Below, one piece after another: positions 24,655-31,787 of a stretch of 32,000 bases of DNA. The position numbers and the translations under genes were made by a program. This stretch comes from Candidatus Aenigmatarchaeota archaeon (GTDB lineage: Archaea > Aenigmatarchaeota > Aenigmatarchaeia > PWEA01). Below the pieces are notes generated by a model. That model was given only the letters and a program-made list of their open reading frames with translations. It had not been told where the DNA came from and searched no databases. The stretch spans positions 2,189-34,188 of the forward strand of contig PWHK01000019.1 in the NCBI GenBank assembly GCA_003554845.1, written 5' to 3'. Every line of letters starts with the position of its first letter. Within the stretch, counting starts at the first letter, position 1.

Positions 24655-25134
24655 TTATTCACCTATGAGTAGTTTTTCGTCTACAGATACCTTGTCTTCG
24701 AGTTTCTTTGGTACAAGAAACGAAGGTGATTTCATAACCCTGTCTCCTACCTTTACATGTCCATGTATAACAAGTTGTCTTGCCTGGTTTACAGTTCCAA
24801 CGCCATCTATCTTAGATACGATGGTCTGTAGCCTCTTGTCGAGTACATCTCTCAGGTCGATTCTGAGTATCTGACTGATGTCGTCTTCGTCTCCAATGAG
24901 ACCCATCTTTCTACATTTTCCAAGCAGCTCTTCCTTGTTCTTTTCGGTTGTTTCTGCTGCGGCCTCCCTTGCCCTTCTCCTTAGTTCTCTGAGGAAGCTC
25001 TCCATCTTAAGTATTTCTTCCTTTCTCTTGAGGCCGTAGTTCTGCATAATAGACCTGTCGTTTTCTATTCTTCTCTCGTCCCACGGTATAAGTGGTTTCT
25101 CGTACTTCTTTCTCTGCTTTTTTGGATCTCCCAT
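24655..25134 (-). CDS. rps4: 30S ribosomal protein S4 (uS4)
   Basis: [23 protein letters not shown]...RRLQTIVSK-type S4 domain. ATG 25134 lies within the GGTGAATAAAATG junction cassette. Confidence 0.93.
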   Translation of the reverse strand: MGDPKKQRKKYEKPLIPWDERRIENDRSIMQNYGLKRKEEILKMESFLRELRRRAREAAAETTEKNKEELLGKCRKMGLIGDEDDISQILRIDLRDVLDKRLQTIVSKIDGVGTVNQARQLVIHGHVKVGDRVMKSPSFLVPKKLEDKVSVDEKLLIGE

Positions 25135-25135
25135 T

Positions 25136-25603
25136 TTATTCACCCTTTCCTGACTTTTCCTTCTTTATCTTTGATGTCGAAACTCCAACCGAAGAGTCTC
25201 CTCTGAAGCTTGATTTGGTCTTCTGTCCCCTTACAGGAAGTCCGCGTCTATGTCGCAGTCCTCTGTAGTTACCGAGTTTCTTCATTGCTTCTATATCCTG
25301 CCTTATCTGCATCTCAAGGTTCGTCGATGTAAGCATTTTGTTATCTCCTGTTTCGGGATCCTTTCTCCTGTTGAGTAGATATGTAGGGATTTCGCCCTTT
25401 TCTATTACTTCCTCCAGAGTATTCTTTTCTTCTTTACTTATATCCCCTGCGAGCTTATCCGAATCTATTCCGGCCTTTTTCAGTATGGGTTTACTTGTCG
25501 AGAAGCTTATACCCTTTATACGTCTGATGCCTTCCCCTATTCTCGAATCACCGGGAATATCGGTCCCGAAAATTCTCAGTATGTTTTTTCTTCCTTCGGA
25601 CAT
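25136..25603 (-). CDS. rps13: 30S ribosomal protein S13 (uS13)
   Basis: ATG 25603 gives MSEGRKNILRIFGTDIPGDSRIGEGIRRIKGISFSTSK...GLRHRRGLPVRGQKTKS. The longer 185-aa ORF would read into tRNA-Ser(UGA). Confidence 0.92.
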   Translation of the reverse strand: MSEGRKNILRIFGTDIPGDSRIGEGIRRIKGISFSTSKPILKKAGIDSDKLAGDISKEEKNTLEEVIEKGEIPTYLLNRRKDPETGDNKMLTSTNLEMQIRQDIEAMKKLGNYRGLRHRRGLPVRGQKTKSSFRGDSSVGVSTSKIKKEKSGKGE

Positions 25604-25625
25604 ATTTTCACTTTTTCTTTTTGGT

Positions 25626-25819
25626 TGGCGCCGGGGGTGGGACTTCCAGTGGAACTGAAAGTATTGAACTTCGGTCCCATCTTTTGAACCCACGCGGGCT
25701 TCCGCAGATATCAGGTCTTACGCGACCCACCGGATCTCTCGAAAACCTGTCTTATCATCCTCTCGTCAACAGATCCGGTCTCAAGTCCGGCGCGTTGAAC
25801 CTGGCTTCGCTACCCCGGC
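25626..25819 (-). tRNA. tRNA-Ser (anticodon UGA) with three BHB introns (25736..25779, 25700..25719, 25643..25682); CCA encoded
   Basis: Exons: GCCGGGG-TA-GCGAAGCCAGGTTCAACGC-G-CCGGA-CTTGAG^A-TCCGG-TGGGTCGCGT^GCCCGC-GTGGG-TTCAAA^T-CCCAC-CCCCGGC-G-CCA. Introns are 44, 20 and 40 nt. 194 minus 104 leaves 90 nt, the same mature length and the same three intron positions as tRNA-Ser(CGA). Confidence 0.85.
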
Positions 25820-25827
25820 CAACTATA

Positions 25828-26004
25828 CTAAAACTTTTCCGCATCTTCCAAAAGCATGTTTGGTATGCCTTCGTCGACGGAAAACTTCAGTCGGCATTCG
25901 TGGCAAACTATCTTGTTTTCTCTTTTATTAAGCTTTACGTTTCCCTTGCATTTTGGACATGCTATTACTTCCATAATCCGATCCATGCTTCCCGGGGCAG
26001 ACAT
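25828..26004 (-). CDS. Trm112-like small zinc-ribbon protein (UPF0434/Trm112 family)
   Basis: CPKCKGNVKLNKRENKIVCHECRLKFSVDEGIPNMLLEDAE. ATG 26004 sits exactly where the upstream promoter module predicts the transcription start, so the mRNA would be leaderless. ATGs at 25986 and 25974 are alternatives. Confidence 0.75.
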   Translation of the reverse strand: MSAPGSMDRIMEVIACPKCKGNVKLNKRENKIVCHECRLKFSVDEGIPNMLLEDAEKF

Positions 26005-26015
26005 CACAACTCTTA

Positions 26016-26040
26016 TGAATCCAAACCTTTTTAAATCTTT
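26016..26040 (-). promoter_or_regulatory. Promoter module copy B (minus strand AAAGATTTAAAAAGGTTTGGATTCA)
   Basis: It matches 20466..20489 at 24 of 25 positions (one extra T). It ends 12 nt before ATG 26004, the same spacing as copy A to the 5S 5' end. Confidence 0.6.
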
Positions 26041-26050
26041 CCAGTGGATA

Positions 26051-27010
26051 TCAGTTCCATCCCTTGGGATATGTTCCACGGGACATGACTACGTTTATAA
26101 GCGAAGCAGCCTTACCATCCTCCCTTTTGTATATATCTTCCGAGTCCATGTCGGTCTTTCCTATTGCCACAAGCTCTCCTTTACCTGAAAGAATGGTCAG
26201 TTTGTCGCCCTTCTCTATATTTTTTTCCACCGCCGATACGCCACCTACGCCTAGATCTGCCCCGTTGCATATAGACTCTATGGCTGTGTCCTTTGCTACG
26301 ATGCACTTCGATACATCTGCTGCCACTTCTACAGGTAGTATATCCTTCTTTATGTCCTCGTTTTTTTCTTCTCTGAAAAATACATAATCGTCTTTGATCG
26401 TCTGAAGCTTTACAGCATTGTCTTCGGTGAAGGGTCCAACTGCTGTTCTTCTGAGCTCTTTCATATGGCAGCCACAGCCCAGTTCCTTTCCCAGATCATG
26501 GGCGAGCTTCCTTATGTAGGTTCCTGCCTCACAGTTTATTCTTAGAAGCATATCCTTTCCGTTCTTTTCAATGAGTTTGAGTTCGTTTATAGTCCTCGTT
26601 CTCTGTCTTCTCTTTACAGCAGACTTCTTTGGTGGTGTTTGTTTTATAGATCCTCTGAACTTTTCAAGGGCCCTTTGTACATCTTCCTCCGGTATATTCT
26701 CATGCAGAACAAATACAGATATATACTCCTTGTCGAGTTTGTTGAGCACAGGCATTGCCTTTGTTGATTTTTCAAGTGCAACGACAAGAACTCCTGTGAC
26801 CTTTGGATCCAGTGTGCCGGTGTGACCAGCCTTTTTTATATTCAGTATGTCTTTAAGCCATCCCGTGACCTGGTGTGAAGTCGGTCCCTTTGGTTTGTCT
26901 AGGACCACTATACCCCTTTTTATGAGCTCTTCTGTGGATCTAGAGCCGGGGTACTTTCCAAATCTTATGTCGGATATTACTCCTTCTCTAAAATTAAACT
27001 CTCGTTTCAT
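26051..27010 (-). CDS. cbf5: tRNA/rRNA pseudouridine synthase Cbf5 (TruB family, H/ACA RNP catalytic subunit) with C-terminal PUA domain
   Basis: The TruB catalytic motif GHTGTLDPKVTGVLVVAL is present, with a PUA-like C-terminus (AIESICNGADLGVGGV...LVAIGK). ATG 27010 overlaps the upstream gene's stop as ATGA. Confidence 0.92.
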   Translation of the reverse strand: MKREFNFREGVISDIRFGKYPGSRSTEELIKRGIVVLDKPKGPTSHQVTGWLKDILNIKKAGHTGTLDPKVTGVLVVALEKSTKAMPVLNKLDKEYISVFVLHENIPEEDVQRALEKFRGSIKQTPPKKSAVKRRQRTRTINELKLIEKNGKDMLLRINCEAGTYIRKLAHDLGKELGCGCHMKELRRTAVGPFTEDNAVKLQTIKDDYVFFREEKNEDIKKDILPVEVAADVSKCIVAKDTAIESICNGADLGVGGVSAVEKNIEKGDKLTILSGKGELVAIGKTDMDSEDIYKREDGKAASLINVVMSRGTYPKGWN

Positions 27011-27639
27011 GGACTTGCTCCCATCAACTTTCTGAATACCTGCGATACACCGAGAGATATCAGTATGTACCAACCCAGCCATCCAAGTGCGTTTCCCCAG
27101 AAGGGCAGCGAAACAGGAAGGCGTGCTGCAACCCGCAGTAGTTCCAGTTCTCCTGTGTCTTCTCTGAGTTCATCCACCTTGAGTTCGTAGCCATCTATGG
27201 TTAACACATCGTTTTCTCTGTATGTGTTTCCATCCATGGTGATCTCAAGCGGGTCGGTGTTTTCTAGGGATATGGTTTTCTCTATTCCACCGTATTCAAC
27301 TGTTCCTGTATTGTTTATTTCCACTGTAGCTGCAGGATATAGACCCGGCAGTACAAACCAGAATATGGGTATGATCAACACAAATGTAGCTATCATAGGT
27401 TTGAACTGCATCTTCATCTGTCTTTGGCTCTGTTTCATTACATCCTGTGTGTATTCCATTGCCTTTTCTTCGTTGCCGTCTTCGCGTGCCTCCTTGGATT
27501 TCTTTTTGAGTTCATTCATTTTTTCTTTTATACTACCCAGTTCATCGTGGTCCATCAGTATCTTGTAAAATAGGGATATTACAAAACTTGTGGCGGAGGC
27601 TATGATAAACACGCCGATTAGTGGATTTTCAAAAACCAT
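27007..27639 (-). CDS. DUF106 / archaeal YidC-Oxa1-like membrane protein with an enlarged acidic loop
   Basis: The layout is TM1 (IGVFIIASATSFVISLFYKIL), a charged coiled-coil (KEKMNELKKKSKEAREDGNEEKAMEYTQDVMKQSQRQMK), TM2, then a loop of about 70 aa, then LGWLGWYILISLGVSQVF. It occupies the usual position after secY. A GGGTGA SD precedes the ATG. Confidence 0.75.
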   Translation of the reverse strand: MVFENPLIGVFIIASATSFVISLFYKILMDHDELGSIKEKMNELKKKSKEAREDGNEEKAMEYTQDVMKQSQRQMKMQFKPMIATFVLIIPIFWFVLPGLYPAATVEINNTGTVEYGGIEKTISLENTDPLEITMDGNTYRENDVLTIDGYELKVDELREDTGELELLRVAARLPVSLPFWGNALGWLGWYILISLGVSQVFRKLMGASP

Positions 27640-27678
27640 ATTTTCACCCTATTAGTCTTTCTTTTGTCTAATAAAAAC

Positions 27679-29085
27679 TTACTTGTTCATGAACTGGCGG
27701 AGGGCCGGATGCATGTCTTCCATGTGTTGCTGTGCGAGTTCTTCGTAGAGCTTGTATATTATCATAGTTGCCAGTAGTATTCCTATACCCCCTCCGACTG
27801 CACCGAAAAAGTCTGCAAATACAGACAGTAGACCTATAAACAGTCCCGATAGAACTGCAAGGTAAGGTATGTATCTGTCGAGTATTCTTTTTATTATCCT
27901 CTTGTCCCTTCTGTATCCCGGAACAGACATTCCCATGTTGTGTATTCTCTCTGCAACAGTCTTTGAATCCTGTCCGGATGTTTTTGCCCAGAAGACAGAA
28001 AATATTATTGTAAGTGCACATACAGTGGCTGCATATGGTATCCATGCCGTAGTTATCTCAGGAAGAGGAGCTTCTGTTATACGGCTTACGACTATTTCGG
28101 TTAGAAGACCATCTCTTGGAGTTGCTGCCTGTGGGCTGTATATCCAGTAGAGTAGTCCGGATTCTGGTATGCCGCCTTCTCCAAACCTACCAAGTATAGG
28201 CATTCCTCTGTCTGCAAGCATCTGTCCCATTATATTGAGGTTTGCCAGCATTGCATGGGTGAAAATTATAGGTATTACACTTGTGTATAGAAGGCTCAAT
28301 GGATATCTCTGTCCAAAGCCCTTTACCTGGCCAAAGGCAAGAGGTATTTCTACCTTCATTGCGTTGAGATATATAACAAGGAAGAAGACGAGAACTGTGA
28401 AAATTATGGGTATAAGTGACGCAGCAGTCTCTACAAGGTTTCCTGCTGCAAGTGTTTGGAAGGCCTGTGGTATATAACCAACAGCCCCCTCTGCGGCAGA
28501 TGGAAGTGTTCCTTCTGCAGTTAGAGGATTGAGAAGCCTCTGTATAATCTGCATCGATACCCCGGATGCAATGAAGAGCGACACACCCGAGCCAAATCCC
28601 CATTTGGATATTACTTCGTCCATGAGCACTATTAGTATACCACCGACGGCTACCTGTGCTATAACAAATCCTGTCATTCCTGCCTGTGCGGGTATTGCTC
28701 CAAAGGAAACAAATGCCACGGCCTGTACTACACAGAATGCAAGTGCCAGAAGTTTCTGTGTCCCCATGAATATTTTTTTACCTTTGGCTGTGCTCGTATC
28801 CCACTGGAGTATATCACTTCCAGTAAGAAGCTGGAGTATGATAGAAGCATTTACAATAGGGACGATACCAAGTGTTATCAGTGATCCAAACTAGGATGCA
28901 ACTATTGTCTGTAGGAACTCAAATCTTTCGAGTCCAACCGGAGAAACTCCCCATACGGTTATGTTTCCCATTATAAAGTATACTATAACTATTATTCCGG
29001 TCCATTTGAGTTTGCTATTGAAGTTTAATCTTTTCTTTGGTCCTTCTACACCTGGAACTATAGAAAGTAGGTCACGATAATTCAA
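27679..29085 (-). CDS. secY: Preprotein translocase subunit SecY, a single frame interrupted by one in-frame TAG (28891..28893)
   Basis: ORFs 28891..29085 and 27679..28767 are in the same frame. The 41 codons between them read FGSLITLGIVPIVNASIILQLLTGSDILQWDTSTAKGKKIF, the conserved SecY TM2 segment. The total is 467 sense codons. The apparent start is TTG 29085, inside the L15 3' end. Confidence 0.85.
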
Positions 29086-29488
29086 TGGCGCTTCCCCCTG
29101 TTTCCTCCAGTTTTTCTCTGGCTTTTTCTGAGAAGTCCTTGGCCTTTACTTCGAGGGTTTTTGTAACATTTCCAGAACCAAGAAGCTTGTCGTATCCGGC
29201 TTTTTGAAGATCCACAACGAACCCATCTCCGTTCTTTTCTGCTGCTCCGGACTCTATAAACTCATCCAGCCTCTCTTCGAGGTTCTTTATATTTATTTCA
29301 TCTGCTGTCTTTATTACAGCCTGTGGCCTTTTGAAGCCCTTTCTTCGTTTTTTCTCCCTTGAGTACTTTATCTTTCGATGCTTCCTGCCACCTCTTCCTC
29401 TGCCTCCTCGTGATCCTGCTCCCCTTCTTTTTTTCTTGGAACCACCACCATGGGTTCCCGAGCCTCTGTATTTTTTCTTTTTTGACAT
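29072..29488 (-). CDS. rpl15: 50S ribosomal protein L15 (uL15)
   Basis: MSKKKKYRGSGTHGGGSKKKRRGAGSRGGRGRGG, a Gly/Arg-rich N-terminus, in the L30-L15-SecY gene order. Confidence 0.92.
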   Translation of the reverse strand: MSKKKKYRGSGTHGGGSKKKRRGAGSRGGRGRGGRKHRKIKYSREKKRRKGFKRPQAVIKTADEINIKNLEERLDEFIESGAAEKNGDGFVVDLQKAGYDKLLGSGNVTKTLEVKAKDFSEKAREKLEETGGSAIELS

Positions 29489-29490
29489 AG

Positions 29491-29895
29491 TTACATCATC
29501 TTCTCAAAAAGTTTTTCTACTCCGTCTTCTCTGTTACCTGCCTCTCCTTTGGGGTACATATTCTTTGTACTTCCTTTGAAACCTCCCGATGGAGGCGAAA
29601 GAGGAAAACTTCTTCTCACATTCATCTTTGATAGACTCTTTCCTTCTTCGAGTCCTTCGGCGATTTCCTCTGGATTTTCTACTCCGTTTTTATCAAGAAT
29701 TTTAATTGCAGTATCTTTGTTTATTTTTCCCCATGTGACAAACCTCTCGACCTTTTTGAGCATTCCTCTGTAGTCTTCCGTCTCGGGTAGAATAGTGCAG
29801 TTGAACTTGTTTTTGAGGTTCAGCATACCAAGTGTATCTTCTAACTTCTGTCTGACCCCGACCTTTCCCCTTATTCTTATAACGCCGTACATCAT
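29491..29895 (-). CDS. rpl30: 50S ribosomal protein L30 (uL30)
   Basis: YGVIRIRGKVGVRQKLEDTLGMLNLKNKFNCTILPETEDYRGMLKKVERFVTWG. Confidence 0.9.
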   Translation of the reverse strand: MMYGVIRIRGKVGVRQKLEDTLGMLNLKNKFNCTILPETEDYRGMLKKVERFVTWGKINKDTAIKILDKNGVENPEEIAEGLEEGKSLSKMNVRRSFPLSPPSGGFKGSTKNMYPKGEAGNREDGVEKLFEKMM

Positions 29896-30599
29896 ACTTC
29901 ACCTATTACAGTACCCGACTTTTCCTTGAATTCTTCGTCTATTTTTAGTTGGTTTAGGTTTCTCAGTGCGTTGTATACAGCTTTTATGAGATTGGTACGT
30001 GTCCTTGTTTTACCGAAGGTCTTGGCCCAACAGTCTTCTATTCCTGCAAGCTCAAGGAACTTCTTTACCTCGTCTGATACAACAAGGCCTACACCTCTTG
30101 GAGCAGGCTTGAGAACTGCAGTTACACTTCCTGATTTGCCCTTTATTTCTGTTGGTATCGAGTGATGTGAAGCACACTCACATTCCCAAGATCCGCATCC
30201 TCTTCTTACAGGGATTATATTTAATTTTGAGTTCTTTATGGATTTCTGTATTGCTGTTCTAAAGGCACCGGATCCTGTTGCCTGTCCCTCTCCTATGCCT
30301 ACGTATCCGTTTCTGTTACCTATTACGGCAAATGCGGTCATCTTGTATTTTCTGCCACTCTTATGCATCTTTGCGGTTCTCTTGGCAGGAGTTCTTCTTA
30401 TACCTCCACCCTTTCCAGGTGATCCACCTACGAGTATTAGTTCGTGGTCCAGGTTGGGAAGAAGCAGATCTATTATCTCCGGTTCCATTATCTTTCTTCC
30501 CTGTTCAAATACCTGATCTATCGATGTTATTTTTCCATCGACTACTTCCTTTCCAAGCTCTGTCTGTGGAGTCCAGTCCTTTGTTTGTTCTCCTGTCAT
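29892..30599 (-). CDS. rps5: 30S ribosomal protein S5 (uS5)
   Basis: WTPQTELGKEVVDGKI...FAVIGNRNGYVGIGEGQA...GTGLVVSDEV-type S5 domains. ATG 30599 lies within the GGTGAATAAAATG junction cassette. The ORF track start at 30614 is inside L18. Confidence 0.92.
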   Translation of the reverse strand: MTGEQTKDWTPQTELGKEVVDGKITSIDQVFEQGRKIMEPEIIDLLLPNLDHELILVGGSPGKGGGIRRTPAKRTAKMHKSGRKYKMTAFAVIGNRNGYVGIGEGQATGSGAFRTAIQKSIKNSKLNIIPVRRGCGSWECECASHHSIPTEIKGKSGSVTAVLKPAPRGVGLVVSDEVKKFLELAGIEDCWAKTFGKTRTRTNLIKAVYNALRNLNQLKIDEEFKEKSGTVIGEV

Positions 30600-30600
30600 T

Positions 30601-31170
30601 TTATTCACCTTCATCTATGTTTTCTAATACTTTATCAAAGTTTTCTGATAATTTTTCAGGATCCAAGCCGTTGTCTATCATATTTGAAAAATGTTCTTTC
30701 TTTTGATCAGGATCCATCTGTGATGCGTATTCCTCTATATGAAGTCCCTTTATCCTGTCTTCTGATGGAATTACTTCTTCTCCGGCTGGTACATCTACAC
30801 CTGAATCGATCAAACCCTTAACTGCCGCATAAATTCTGCTTTCCTTTGTATTTTTATGGAGTCCCAGGTCCAGTATGCATTCTTCTACTTCCTCTGCCCT
30901 TTTTCCGAGTAGGTATCCTGTGAGGTACGCCGACGGTATATTTCCAGTGTGTCCTTTCCATCCATAGCCTTTTAGTTCCTTTGCTTCTGCGTGTGATAAA
31001 ACAGTATCTCCGTCTTTGTTCCATTGTATTATCTGGGTCTTTGTGTTACCAAGGCTCTTTCTTACAACAAGCCTTGGTTTACCACTCTTAAGAAGACCAA
31101 GTCTCTGTTTGTAGTCTGTTTTCTTCTCTCTACGTCTCCTTTTTGGAACCCTTTCACTCAATTTTCTCAC
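30601..31170 (-). CDS. rpl18: 50S ribosomal protein L18 (uL18)
   Basis: KRRRREKKTDYKQRLGLLKSGKPRLVVRKSLGNTKTQII. The start is GTG 31170 or TTG 31161, and it overlaps the L19e 3' end. Confidence 0.9.
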   Translation of the reverse strand: MRKLSERVPKRRRREKKTDYKQRLGLLKSGKPRLVVRKSLGNTKTQIIQWNKDGDTVLSHAEAKELKGYGWKGHTGNIPSAYLTGYLLGKRAEEVEECILDLGLHKNTKESRIYAAVKGLIDSGVDVPAGEEVIPSEDRIKGLHIEEYASQMDPDQKKEHFSNMIDNGLDPEKLSENFDKVLENIDEGE

Positions 31171-31606
31171 CTTCTAACATACCTTCTTTTTTGGCATATA
31201 CTTTTAACTGTTTCTTTGATTTGAACCTGCCACCCTTTGCCTTTCTATAGAGCTCTCTGTAGGTCTCTCTGTCTATATCTCCATCTTCACGTAGGCTTTT
31301 TAGTAGCTTTCTCTGTGCCCTTATCCTGGACATCCATCTGTCTTTATCATTTTCTCTTGTTCCCTTTCTTCTTCCATGTCCTCTTCTTCTTCCCTTCTTC
31401 TTCTGTATCATTCTCTTTCTCGTTCTTCCGCGGGACTGCTGGTTCATTTTTTTCTTTTTTATGGCACCCTGCTGGACGAGCCTTCTTATATCTGCCTTTG
31501 TTATTGCGTCGTTTACATCCTCCATTCTTTCTGGATCTATCCAGATCTTGTTTCTTCCGCAGTCTAAAACATCTGCTGCCATCTTTCTTTGTGTGGATAG
31601 ATTCAA
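31154..31606 (-). CDS. rpl19e: 50S ribosomal protein L19e (eL19)
   Basis: NLSTQRKMAADVLDCGRNKIWIDPERMEDVNDAITKADIRRLVQQGAI. The start is TTG 31606, with a GAGGTG SD 7 nt upstream. Confidence 0.92.
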   Translation of the reverse strand: MNLSTQRKMAADVLDCGRNKIWIDPERMEDVNDAITKADIRRLVQQGAIKKKKMNQQSRGRTRKRMIQKKKGRRRGHGRRKGTRENDKDRWMSRIRAQRKLLKSLREDGDIDRETYRELYRKAKGGRFKSKKQLKVYAKKEGMLEGEKIE

Positions 31607-31616
31607 ACTTTACACC

Positions 31617-31778
31617 TCATGTCCAATGTATGTTTGTTTCGTTTTTTGGTGCATGTATTACACCGAACTGGTTGAACTTTGCTCCGCATTTCGGGCAGTC
31701 CGAAAGCTTTTCTATTCCGGAGTCCTGTCCCAGAGTACCGCAGAGCGGACATTTCGTTTCTTTAAATCTCAAAAACAT
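31617..31778 (-). CDS. Small (53 aa) zinc-ribbon protein inserted between L32e and L19e (below the ORF-track length cutoff)
   Basis: MFLRFKETKCPLCGTLGQDSGIEKLSDCPKCGAKFNQFGVIHAPKNETNIHWT. It has a CPxCG...CPxCG motif. A GAGGT SD lies 8 nt upstream of the ATG and overlaps the L32e TGA. Its own TGA is embedded in the GAGGTG SD of L19e. Confidence 0.55.
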   Translation of the reverse strand: MFLRFKETKCPLCGTLGQDSGIEKLSDCPKCGAKFNQFGVIHAPKNETNIHWT

Positions 31779-31787
31779 TCTATTACC

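Noticed and set aside
25736-25779. C/D-box sRNA or K-loop in the anticodon introns of the two tRNA-Ser genes. The shared blocks UUGAC...GAGGAUGA resemble D'/C' boxes.
   Set aside because: Neither intron has a consensus RUGAUGA C box or a terminal CUGA D box in the correct order. The introns (40-44 nt) are too short for a full C/D guide. The resemblance could simply reflect common ancestry of the introns. It would only merit follow-up if L7Ae binding or conservation were shown.
27668-28603. Minus-strand ORFs 27668..28045 and 28187..28603 in alternative frames within secY.
   Set aside because: They are out of frame with the clearly homologous SecY reading frame, and their translations are Cys/Arg-rich with no features.
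28891-28893. Genome-wide reassignment of TAG to a sense codon as the explanation for the secY in-frame stop.
   Set aside because: At least seven well-supported genes in this window end at TAG at the position expected from homology. These include S8e, Sm, NusA, RpoH, paralog 1 (which has a second TAG two codons later), the 468-aa surface protein and the methyltransferase at 3588.
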